Source of the DNA: an uncultured Phocaeicola sp.
Lineage (GTDB): Bacteria; Bacteroidota; Bacteroidia; Bacteroidales; Bacteroidaceae
DNA: 64,000 nt
Direction: 5' to 3'
Assembly: GCA_944320605.1 (NCBI GenBank)
Contig: CALUIE010000001.1
Coordinates: 24,191 to 88,190 of the forward strand
Positions 29,959 through 38,624 of this stretch are shown in pieces (the first letter of the stretch is position 1; each line of letters begins with the position of its first letter). Under the pieces are notes generated by a model, which searched no databases, had not been told where the DNA came from, and saw only the letters and a list, made by a program, of their open reading frames with translations. The position numbers and the translations under genes were made by a program.

Positions 29959-31530
29959 ATGAAATACCCTATAGGAATACAGAGCTTTGACCAGATAATC
30001 GAAGACGGTTATCTGTACATCGACAAAACAGACATGATTTACAATCTGACCCACGAGGGTAAGATATACTTCCTGAGCCGTCCGCGCAGGTTCGGCAAGA
30101 GTCTGCTGGTCTCTACACTGAAGAACTACTTCCTGGGAAGAAAAGAACTTTTCAGGGGTCTGAAGATTGATTCTCTGGAGAAGGACTGGAAGGTATATCC
30201 GGTGTTTCATATCGACTTCAATTCCACTAACTTCACTATCCGTGGAACCCTGTGGCAGAAACTGAATGGTCTGATTTGGGACTGGGAAGAGAAATATGGA
30301 GTGAGGATTCCTGAAGGTGGACTTGACCTTGGGGACAGGTTTATAAGAGTGTTGGAAGCAGCCCACAAGCGTACGGGACTGCGTGCTGTGGTCTTAGTGG
30401 ACGAGTACGACAAGCCGATGCTGGACGTGCTGGATGTTGACAAGGACCTGGAGGAAGAGCACCGCAATATCCTGAAGGGCTTCTACTCCGTATTCAAGGG
30501 AGCTGACGAGCATCTGCAGTTCGTGTTCCTGACGGGTGTGACGAAATTCTCGCAGGTGAGCGTGTTCAGCGGATTCAACCAGCCCAATGACATAAGTATG
30601 CACAGGAAGTATGAAACACTGTGCGGCATTACGCAGGAGGAACTGGACACTGCTTTCAGAGAGCAGATAGAGGAGATGTCGGATGAATACAGATGTTCGT
30701 ACGAGGAAATGAGGAATAAACTGAAATCACAATATGACGGGTATCGCTTCAGCGACAGAATGACGGATGTGTATAATCCGTTCAGTCTGCTTAACGCTTT
30801 CGACGCACAACGTATTTACGACTACTGGTTCAAAAGCGGCACTCCGACATATCTTATCCGCCTGTTGTCGCACGCCAACGAAAACATGAACGAGATAACG
30901 GGCAGGTATTATGCTCCTGAAGAGTTCATAGACTACAAGGCCTGCGTGGAAAAACCCCTGCCTATGATTTATCAGAGCGGGTATCTGACCATCAAGAAGT
31001 ATGATATGGAAGAGAACTCATTCCTGCTGGATTATCCTAACAATGAGGTGAAGAAAGGCTTTCTGTCGCTTGTGGCAGCAGGATATTTCAACACACGCGA
31101 AAGTGTCGGCTCGTGGATAATGAGTGCGGTGGGGCAGCTTAAGAAGGGATTGATTGACGATTTCCGCGACGGGCTGATCTCATTCCTTGCAAGTATCCCA
31201 TATACCATGCGCCGCAAGGAAAACGAGCGTGAGAAGGAACGTTACTTCCACTATACCTTCTATCTGATAATGCGTCTGATAAGCGTTTACACGGTATATA
31301 CGGAAAAAGTACAAAGCCACGGAAGAGTGGACTGCATAGTGGAAACTCCGGACTATGTGTATATCTTCGAGTTCAAGCTGGACGGCACGGCTGAAGAGGC
31401 ACTGCGGCAGATAGAGGAAAAGGGATATGCCCTGGAATACACTGCCGATAAGCGCAAGATATATAAGATAGGAGCTACTTTCTCATCAGAAACGGGAACG
31501 ATAGCGGACTTTGATTATCAGGCGCACTAA
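29959..31530 (+). CDS. AAA-ATPase-like + PD-(D/E)XK protein, copy 2
   Basis: Near-identical core to 21861-23438, with divergent internal and C-terminal patches. Confidence 0.92.
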   Translation: MKYPIGIQSFDQIIEDGYLYIDKTDMIYNLTHEGKIYFLSRPRRFGKSLLVSTLKNYFLGRKELFRGLKIDSLEKDWKVYPVFHIDFNSTNFTIRGTLWQKLNGLIWDWEEKYGVRIPEGGLDLGDRFIRVLEAAHKRTGLRAVVLVDEYDKPMLDVLDVDKDLEEEHRNILKGFYSVFKGADEHLQFVFLTGVTKFSQVSVFSGFNQPNDISMHRKYETLCGITQEELDTAFREQIEEMSDEYRCSYEEMRNKLKSQYDGYRFSDRMTDVYNPFSLLNAFDAQRIYDYWFKSGTPTYLIRLLSHANENMNEITGRYYAPEEFIDYKACVEKPLPMIYQSGYLTIKKYDMEENSFLLDYPNNEVKKGFLSLVAAGYFNTRESVGSWIMSAVGQLKKGLIDDFRDGLISFLASIPYTMRRKENEREKERYFHYTFYLIMRLISVYTVYTEKVQSHGRVDCIVETPDYVYIFEFKLDGTAEEALRQIEEKGYALEYTADKRKIYKIGATFSSETGTIADFDYQAH

Positions 31531-31775
31531 TACTTCCAGTCACAAAATACTACATGGGAAGACCGGGAAAACGGTCTCCCCTTTCTTTTTGTATGCCCTC
31601 AAGAAACCTTAAAACCATACTAATCCATCCTAATCCACACAATCCCTCCCCTATGCGGACAAAGGGGAACTCCGCCATATCCGGTCTCCCTACCTTTGTA
31701 GTGTAATCAGAAAGAAACCGGTTGATTAAAGATTACTACAGAGAATAATAACCATTTAAAAGAAAGGAGGTATTT

Positions 31776-32198
31776 ATGGACAAGTATTTAACCTATTCAG
31801 TAGTAGAACGCAAAGACCCGAATACTCCGGATATTGAAGGAAAGTATTACGCGCAGGCACAAGCCCGAGGCGAGGCCGGCATCCGCGAACTCTCACAGCG
31901 CATCCAGCAGTCATGTACCGTTACCCGTGCGGACGTCATGGCAGTGCTCATAGCCCTGGAAGACGTAGTGGCCGACTCCCTTGCCAATGGCGAGATAGTC
32001 CGTTTAGGCGAACTCGGCTCACTCCAGGTCAGCCTGCGAGGCAAAGGCGCGACTTCACCCGAAGAATATCACGACGGTCTGATAGAGAAAGGAAAAATCA
32101 TCTTCCGTAGTGGCGAAACCCTCACCACCATGCTCGGCACACTGAAGTATCAGAAAGTGGAACAGAAGTACAAGAAGAAGGAAGAACCATTACCGTAA
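31776..32198 (+). CDS. HU-like DNA-binding protein (Bacteroidetes extended type)
   Basis: KYYAQA..LANGEIVRLGELGSLQVSL. Confidence 0.88.
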   Translation: MDKYLTYSVVERKDPNTPDIEGKYYAQAQARGEAGIRELSQRIQQSCTVTRADVMAVLIALEDVVADSLANGEIVRLGELGSLQVSLRGKGATSPEEYHDGLIEKGKIIFRSGETLTTMLGTLKYQKVEQKYKKKEEPLP

Positions 32199-32219
32199 TA
32201 AAAACCTAAAAAAACGAAT

Positions 32220-32321
32220 ATGAAAAGAATAATCATCAGAATCCTGAAATGCATAGTGTGTATTCTCACTGGCAGTTGCAGGAACAAAGGAAAAGGAGGA
32301 GACAATGCAGAGACATGTTGA
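32220..32321 (+). CDS. 33-aa small hydrophobic peptide between the HU and amidase genes ('smalltalk'-like position)
   Basis: MKRIIIRILKCIVCILTGSCRNKGKGGDNAETC; A-rich start context; overlaps the amidase start. Confidence 0.6.
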   Translation: MKRIIIRILKCIVCILTGSCRNKGKGGDNAETC

Positions 32322-32751
32322 TACCATCATCATCCACTGCTCTGCCACACCTCAAGGCAGCAGGCTCGAGCCTGCCGCTCTGGTCAAGATGCACCGTAAG
32401 CGAGGTTTCAACGGGTGCGGATATCACTTCTATATCCGTCGTACAGGCGAGATATGCGATATGCGTCCCGTAGAGCGCATAGGAGCCCACTGTCGCGGTC
32501 ACAACGAAGGCAGCATAGGCATCTGCTACGAAGGAGGCCTTGACAGCCGAGGCAACGCCGCCGACACCCGTACTCCCGAGCAGAAACACGCCCTGAAATG
32601 CCTCATAGCCACATTGAAGAAAGAGTTCCCCATCAAAGTAATAGCGGGCCACCGCGACTTCAGTCCGGACCTGGACGGCGACGGGACGATAGAACCCGAA
32701 GAATGGATAAAGGAATGCCCCTGCTTCGATGTCAGCTCCGAGGGCTACTGA
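32305..32751 (+). CDS. N-acetylmuramoyl-L-alanine amidase (T7 lysozyme-like)
   Basis: IIIHCSAT, GYHF, GAHC.GHN..SIGICYEGG, GHRD, K.CPCF. Confidence 0.93.
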   Translation: MQRHVDTIIIHCSATPQGSRLEPAALVKMHRKRGFNGCGYHFYIRRTGEICDMRPVERIGAHCRGHNEGSIGICYEGGLDSRGNAADTRTPEQKHALKCLIATLKKEFPIKVIAGHRDFSPDLDGDGTIEPEEWIKECPCFDVSSEGY

Positions 32752-32883
32752 TAACCCATAACTTCGGAATCCGCAAATATTAAATTATCTTTACCCCCGC
32801 CCAAAGGCGGACAAAGGGGAACTCCATAATTCTGCAGTGTGGTATCTTTGTGTCAAAGATAAACCACTAAACATTAAGGAATT

Positions 32884-33273
32884 ATGGACAACAGTTTGAA
32901 TTACTCCGTAGCAGAGAAGAAGAACCCCAGAAACCCCGGGAAAGAAGGAATGTATTACGCTCATGTCAGGACAAGAGGAGTATTAGACAAAGATGGACTG
33001 ATAGACAGGATAGACAGAAGAGGCAGTGTTGGCAAACCCGACATAGTATCCGTGCTGATAAACCTGGAGGACATAGTTACAGACGCCCTGTGCAATGGCG
33101 AGATTGTCCGTTTAGGCGAATTAGGCTCCCTGTCGCTTAGCGTCAGCAGTCAAGGCTGCAAGCGCAAGGAAGACTTTTGCGGCAAGAACATCACCAAGGT
33201 AAGGACCATATTCAAGGAAGGAAAGACACTGAAGCACGGTATCGCCTGTCTGCACTTCAAGAAAGTGGAATAA
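32884..33273 (+). CDS. HU-like DNA-binding protein, copy 2
   Basis: LCNGEIVRLGELGSL. Confidence 0.85.
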   Translation: MDNSLNYSVAEKKNPRNPGKEGMYYAHVRTRGVLDKDGLIDRIDRRGSVGKPDIVSVLINLEDIVTDALCNGEIVRLGELGSLSLSVSSQGCKRKEDFCGKNITKVRTIFKEGKTLKHGIACLHFKKVE

Positions 33274-33321
33274 AGGGACTCCCCTGCTCCGATGCCGGTG
33301 CCGTGGGGCTACTGATAACCA

Positions 33322-33568
33322 AATCCGCAAGTTTTCCCGCCGCAAGGCGGAATACTTGCGGATTTTTTGTCATATTTTTGCACGTCCGTAAACATAACTG
33401 TTAAAATCCTTGTTTTGAAGCTCAATCAGCCATTATAAAGTTTGAAATATCTTTACAAAGGACTACTTTTGTGACAATTTAAGGATAAATGCGGACTATC
33501 TTGCGCAGCTTTCTGTGGATGGGGAGATGTGGGAGGTAGCCGCGAAGCGTGCTTGGAAGGTAAGAAAT
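33322..33568 (+). repeat. About 245-bp direct repeat (terminator + promoter + ops), left flank of the TAC cassette
   Basis: Colinear with 34803-35050. Confidence 0.92.
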
Positions 33569-33616
33569 ATAAAAAAATATAAAAACAACCAATATTTAAG
33601 TTCCAACTAAACTTTT

Positions 33617-34000
33617 ATGTCTAATTTTGAAATCAGAAATATAGATGCAGTCAAGGGAATACAAAAGTTCTATAAGCTCATCAAGGACGATATTTGCCTG
33701 ATTGATGATTTCGAGGATGATTTGGAGGAAGTTTATAAATCAGAGTTGAGAAGTATCTATGCCTATATGGATCAAGTGGCTAACCTTAAGACCTTGCCGA
33801 AAACCAAATTCCATTTCTACAATAAAGATAAAGGAGGATTTAGAGAATTTGAGTTCAAAAGCAAACATTTAAGAGTTTACGGAATAGCGATAAAGGAAGG
33901 CAAATTAATAGTATTGGGAGGAACGAAAGCCAACCAAAACGATGATACGACAACTTTTAGAAGAATAAAAGAAGAATATATAAAATCAATAAAAAGATAA
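33617..34000 (+). CDS. Putative RelE/HigB-like toxin of a TAC system
   Basis: EFEFKSKHLRVYG..LIVLGG; first gene of a toxin-HTH-SecB triplet. Confidence 0.65.
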   Translation: MSNFEIRNIDAVKGIQKFYKLIKDDICLIDDFEDDLEEVYKSELRSIYAYMDQVANLKTLPKTKFHFYNKDKGGFREFEFKSKHLRVYGIAIKEGKLIVLGGTKANQNDDTTTFRRIKEEYIKSIKR

Positions 34001-34004
34001 TTAT

Positions 34005-34364
34005 ATGGACAGAAAGGAATTATTGAAAAGTCCGGAATACTGGACAGCGTCAATCCAAATGGAATTATATCGTCAGATTGAGGCTTTTATGAAAGAAAAG
34101 AATTTCAATAAGACTCAATTGGCCGAATATTTAGGTTGTTCTAAAGGATATATATCCCAGCTTTTATCGGGAGATTTTGACCATAAATTAAGCAAGTTTA
34201 TCCGGTTGTCATTGGCAATCGGAAAAATTCCCGAAGTCTTTTTCACAGATGCTGATGAGTATATTCAGGAAGAATCGCAATCTTATAAGAATACAATGGT
34301 GGTATCCAAAGAATATATGTATCCATCTTTTCCATTATCAAATAAAATAGAAGACGCTGCATAA
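34005..34364 (+). CDS. XRE-HTH antitoxin with C-terminal extension
   Basis: KTQLAEYLGCSKGYISQLLSGDFD. Confidence 0.85.
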   Translation: MDRKELLKSPEYWTASIQMELYRQIEAFMKEKNFNKTQLAEYLGCSKGYISQLLSGDFDHKLSKFIRLSLAIGKIPEVFFTDADEYIQEESQSYKNTMVVSKEYMYPSFPLSNKIEDAA

Positions 34365-34365
34365 T

Positions 34366-34779
34366 ATGACAACAATACCATATAGAATAAGCGGAATAAA
34401 AACCACCCAATTCGCTTTGTTTCCGGAAAAATTTATCAATGGCAGAGAAATAACGGTACAGACATCCTTCACTTTCGGATATAGTGAGGGTTTGGACAGT
34501 ATCCGGTGTATCTCAAATTTTGAATATATTCAGGATGATGATATATTGATGATTTCAGAAATACAATGTACATTCGATATAAGTCCGGAAGGTAGTGCCG
34601 AGCTTATAGAATTGAGGAAAGTTCCTGTTGATTTTCTGCGTTACATGGCAACAATAGCTACAGGTACAGCTCGTGGCATTATCCATGCTAAATCAGAGGG
34701 GACAATATTGTCAGCCATAATACTTCCTCCGATAAATCTTATTGAAGCGATAAAAGATGATTTGCCTATAAATCAGTAA
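34366..34779 (+). CDS. SecB-like chaperone
   Basis: Beta-rich N-half, then GTARGII..ILPPINL. Confidence 0.7.
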   Translation: MTTIPYRISGIKTTQFALFPEKFINGREITVQTSFTFGYSEGLDSIRCISNFEYIQDDDILMISEIQCTFDISPEGSAELIELRKVPVDFLRYMATIATGTARGIIHAKSEGTILSAIILPPINLIEAIKDDLPINQ

Positions 34780-34802
34780 AATCCATAATTTAGGAACTTC
34801 GG

Positions 34803-35050
34803 AATCCGCAAGTTTTTCCGCCGAAAGGCGGAATGCTTGCGGATTTTTTGTCTTATTTTTGCATGTCCGTAAACATAACTGTTAAAATCCATGTTCTGAG
34901 GCGCAATCAGCCACTATAAAGTTTGAAATATCGTTATAAAGAGCTACTTTTGTGACAATTTAAGGATAAATGCGGACTATCTTGCGCAGCTTTCATAGGG
35001 ATGGAAAGGTGTGGGAGGTAGCCGCGAAGCGTGCCCGGAAGGGGAGGAAA
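34803..35050 (+). promoter_or_regulatory. Repeat copy forming the promoter/ops leader of the polysaccharide operon
   Basis: TACTTTTG near 34945; GGTAGCCGCGAAGCGTG at 35017-35033. Confidence 0.8.
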
Positions 35051-35065
35051 TTTAAAATAAAACTC

Positions 35066-35458
35066 ATGGAAATAATAACAACAGACTTACTTAATTCTTT
35101 AACTGACAAAGCCCTTAAAAATGATCGATTAAGAATCAATTATAATTTTCATAAGGACTTAAGTGATAAGTGCCAGAGGCTTCTCAATGCAATGGAGCCA
35201 GGTACAGTTATGCCAATCCATCACCATAAAGTGGCAGAAATGTACATAGTACTTAGAGGCAGGTTAAAGACCAATATTTATGATGACAATAAAAATATTG
35301 TAGAGAGTTGTATTATAGATCCTAAAGAAGGAAACTTTGGGGTACAAATAGAAGAAAACAAGTGGCATTCTGTGGAAGTTTTAGAACATGGAACCGTAAT
35401 TTTTGAGGTAAAAGAAGGTCCATATATTCCACACGAAACAGGTGGTATATTAGAATAA
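35066..35458 (+). CDS. WbuC family cupin
   Basis: RLRINYNFH..CQRLLNAMEPGT..IHHH..WH..EVKEGPY. Confidence 0.88.
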   Translation: MEIITTDLLNSLTDKALKNDRLRINYNFHKDLSDKCQRLLNAMEPGTVMPIHHHKVAEMYIVLRGRLKTNIYDDNKNIVESCIIDPKEGNFGVQIEENKWHSVEVLEHGTVIFEVKEGPYIPHETGGILE

Positions 35459-35472
35459 AAAATTTAAATTGT

Positions 35473-36495
35473 ATGTTAAACAACAAAGTAGTTTTAATTA
35501 CCGGAGGAACGGGTTCGTTCGGTAAAAAGTTTGTGGAAACAATATTACGTGATTATCCACAAGTAAAAAAAATTATAATCTATTCACGTGATGAACTTAA
35601 ACAATTTGAATTAAAACAGAAATATCCAGAGAAGAAATATCCACAGCTTCGCTTCTTTATTGGAGATGTAAGGGATTTGGAAAGGCTTACCCGTGCTTGT
35701 GAAGGTGTTGATGTTATTATACATGCTGCAGCAATAAAACAGGTTGACACGGCAGAATATAATCCTGAAGAATGTATTAAAACCAATGTGCACGGAGCAC
35801 AGAATGTAATAAAGGCAGCATTAGCTACTGGGGTACATGATGTGGTTGCTCTGTCAACTGACAAGGCATGTGCTCCTATCAACCTTTATGGGGCAACAAA
35901 GCTGACCTCAGACAAACTTTTCACAGCTGCCAACAATATCAGCGGCTCGAAAGATATACGTTTCTCAGTAGTAAGATATGGTAATGTTATGGGATCTCGT
36001 GGTTCTGTCATTCCTTTCTTTATTAATAAACGCGATTCAGGTGCATCAGAACTTCCTATTACCGATATGCGAATGACTCGCTTTAATATTTCTCTTGAAG
36101 CAGGTGTGGCTATGGTTATGTATGCTATTGGTCATCATATTGGAGGTGAAATATTTATACCGAAAATACCTTCATACCATATTAAGGATGTAGCAACTGC
36201 CATTGCCCCTAATTTACCACAGGTGGAAGTTGGTATCCGTCCTGGTGAAAAGCTCCATGAAGAAATGATTACAGTAACAGATGCATTAGATACCATTGAT
36301 TTGGGTAAGTATTATGTAATTATGCCTTCTGTAAGTTTTAAGCATTCACGCGAAGAATTTATGGCTCACCATAATGCAAAATTAGTTCCTGAAGGATTCC
36401 ATTACAGTTCTGATAAAAATACTGAATGGGAAACAGTTGAGTCTATGCGTGAAAAGATAAAAAAATATGTTGACCCTAATTTTGAAGTAAAATAA
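35473..36495 (+). CDS. pseB: UDP-GlcNAc 4,6-dehydratase (inverting)
   Basis: TGGTGSFG, YSRDELKQ, LSTDKA..PINLYGATKL, RYGNV. Confidence 0.93.
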   Translation: MLNNKVVLITGGTGSFGKKFVETILRDYPQVKKIIIYSRDELKQFELKQKYPEKKYPQLRFFIGDVRDLERLTRACEGVDVIIHAAAIKQVDTAEYNPEECIKTNVHGAQNVIKAALATGVHDVVALSTDKACAPINLYGATKLTSDKLFTAANNISGSKDIRFSVVRYGNVMGSRGSVIPFFINKRDSGASELPITDMRMTRFNISLEAGVAMVMYAIGHHIGGEIFIPKIPSYHIKDVATAIAPNLPQVEVGIRPGEKLHEEMITVTDALDTIDLGKYYVIMPSVSFKHSREEFMAHHNAKLVPEGFHYSSDKNTEWETVESMREKIKKYVDPNFEVK

Positions 36496-36497
36496 TT

Positions 36498-37658
36498 ATG
36501 GAACTTCCTATACCATACGGTCATCAGTATATTTCTGATGATGATATACAAGCGGTTGTATCGACATTAAAGTCAGACTATCTTACTTGTGGTCCTGCAA
36601 TACCGGAGTTTGAGAAAGTTTTTGCAGAATATGTCAATGCCAAGTATGCTGTTGCTGTATGTAATGCAACAGCTGCTCTTCATATTGCAGCAATGGCATT
36701 AGGTGTAAAACCCGGTGATAATGTAATTTGTACTCCTTTGACTTTTGCGTCATCAGCAAACTGTATTCGTTTCTGCGGTGGTAATGTTAAATTTGTGGAT
36801 ATAGATCCGGAAACTTACTTACTTGACATAAATAAGCTGAAAGAAACATTGGCTGCTGCCCCTAAAGGAACATACAAAGGTATGGTGCTTGTAGATTTTG
36901 CAGGTTATCCCCATAATATGGAAGAATACCGCAAAGTAGCAGATGAATACGGAATGTGGATTTTGGAGGATGCTTGTCATGCACCTGGAGCTTGGTTTAC
37001 TGACTCTACAGGTGAAAAGGTATATTGTGGATCAGGAAAATATTCAGATATTACTGTATTCTCATTCCATCCAGTAAAACATATTACAACAGGTGAAGGT
37101 GGTATGGCATGTACACAGAATAAAGAATTATACGACAAAATGGCTCTTTATCGTACACATGGTATTACTCGCGATATTTCCAAACTGCAACGTCAGGATG
37201 GTCTATGGTATTATGAAATGCAGGAGTTGGGGTATAACTACCGCATTACTGATATGCAGGCAGCATTGGGAACATCGCAGATGAAACGTGCCAGAAAGAA
37301 CGTAGAAATCAGACGTGAATTGGTGAAAAAATATAACGATGCATTTAAAGATATACCTGGTATAAAAACTCCATACGAAGCTTCTAATGTTTATCATGCA
37401 TATCATCTATATATTATTCAAGTAGAAGACCGTTTGGGATTATATAATTTCTTACGCGAAAATCAGATTTTTGCTCAGGTTTTATATTACCCTCTTAATT
37501 TAATGCCTTATTACAAGAATTTAGGAAATAAAGAAGGGGATCTTCCGGTAGTTGAAGAATATTATAAACATTGTTTGGCTCTTCCAATGTTTCCTACACT
37601 TACTAAAGAACAGCAGAATTTAGTTATTGAAAAAATCCTAAAATTTTTAAGTAGATGA
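36498..37658 (+). CDS. pseC: UDP-4-amino-4,6-dideoxy-AltNAc transaminase
   Basis: IPYGHQ, EDACHA, FSFHPVKHITTGEGG; follows pseB. Confidence 0.9.
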   Translation: MELPIPYGHQYISDDDIQAVVSTLKSDYLTCGPAIPEFEKVFAEYVNAKYAVAVCNATAALHIAAMALGVKPGDNVICTPLTFASSANCIRFCGGNVKFVDIDPETYLLDINKLKETLAAAPKGTYKGMVLVDFAGYPHNMEEYRKVADEYGMWILEDACHAPGAWFTDSTGEKVYCGSGKYSDITVFSFHPVKHITTGEGGMACTQNKELYDKMALYRTHGITRDISKLQRQDGLWYYEMQELGYNYRITDMQAALGTSQMKRARKNVEIRRELVKKYNDAFKDIPGIKTPYEASNVYHAYHLYIIQVEDRLGLYNFLRENQIFAQVLYYPLNLMPYYKNLGNKEGDLPVVEEYYKHCLALPMFPTLTKEQQNLVIEKILKFLSR

Positions 37659-38623
37659 AAATTAAATTTGTTAAAGATCTGACGAATGAAGAGTCATCAC
37701 TTTTTAAGTCTTCAGAATTATATAATTTAATATGTTCTGATTATTTAATGTGCGATATACACCAAATGTATTATAAAGAGTACTTTGGAGTTAAATGGCA
37801 GGATTTTAGTATTGTAGCTTATGATAATGAGTTATTTTATGCAGCTGTTTACATATATAGCAATCTTGACGACAATAAGTTGACATACTTTGGGTTTCCA
37901 TGTAAGATGTTCAGGTTACAATATTTACCAAATAACATAGTGAATAAAGCATATCAAGAGATATATGCAAAAATAAAAGTTATCTCTACAGAAAATGAAT
38001 ATAGAAACATATTGATAGAACATGATCCACTATTGACACACAAACTATCTGTTAATGAAAACTTTAAATTAATATTTGAATATAATTCAAATATTGACCT
38101 CTCACTATCAGAAAATGAAATAAAAGCAAACGTAAGAAAGAGTTACAAATCGTTAATAAATTGGGGTAAGAATAAAATGGATATTAAGGTTTATGATTAT
38201 AACAATATAAATCCTGAATTAATGGAAGAATTTGAGAACTTTCATATAAAAGTTGCCAAACGTAGGACTAGAAGCCATGAAAGTTGGATGATGCAATACG
38301 AGGCTGTTAAGCAAAATATGGGCTATGTTGTTAACGGATATTACGAGAACGAATTAGTTTCGTCGGTCTTAGTTCTTAATGGTAAGGAACAGGCATATTA
38401 TGGTGTAGCTGTGAACAATAGAGATTTAATGTCTGAAAATAGGCCAATAGGTCATGCAGTGTTAATGGAAGCTATATATGAAGCCAAGAGAAAAGGAATG
38501 AGGATATTTCATCTTGGTAACGTTACTCCTAGTGATGATAAAAAAATAAATGATATAGCAAAATATAAAAAGGGATTTTCATCGTCATTAGATGTCAAGT
38601 TAATTGTAGAAGCATCAATATGA
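37655..38623 (+). CDS. GNAT/FemAB-like acyltransferase
   Basis: RKSYKSLINWG, HIKVAKRRTRS, YKKGF. Confidence 0.7.
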   Translation: MKIKFVKDLTNEESSLFKSSELYNLICSDYLMCDIHQMYYKEYFGVKWQDFSIVAYDNELFYAAVYIYSNLDDNKLTYFGFPCKMFRLQYLPNNIVNKAYQEIYAKIKVISTENEYRNILIEHDPLLTHKLSVNENFKLIFEYNSNIDLSLSENEIKANVRKSYKSLINWGKNKMDIKVYDYNNINPELMEEFENFHIKVAKRRTRSHESWMMQYEAVKQNMGYVVNGYYENELVSSVLVLNGKEQAYYGVAVNNRDLMSENRPIGHAVLMEAIYEAKRKGMRIFHLGNVTPSDDKKINDIAKYKKGFSSSLDVKLIVEASI

Positions 38624-38624
38624 T

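Noticed and set aside
16722-33273. Intact prophage or ICE
   Set aside because: No integrase, terminase, capsid, relaxase or T4SS genes
34850-35000. Invertible capsule promoter
   Set aside because: No flanking inverted repeats seen around the -7 box and no recombinase in the window
21666-35050. Classical integron attC array or CRISPR-like repeats
   Set aside because: No integrase and no attC R/L box structure; the repeats are terminator/promoter blocks with kilobase spacing
34970-35065. N-terminal extension of the WbuC-family ORF (similar extensions at 19974, 26765, 55535, 56614)
   Set aside because: The extension runs through the repeated non-coding leader; downstream ATGs match family starts or a better start context
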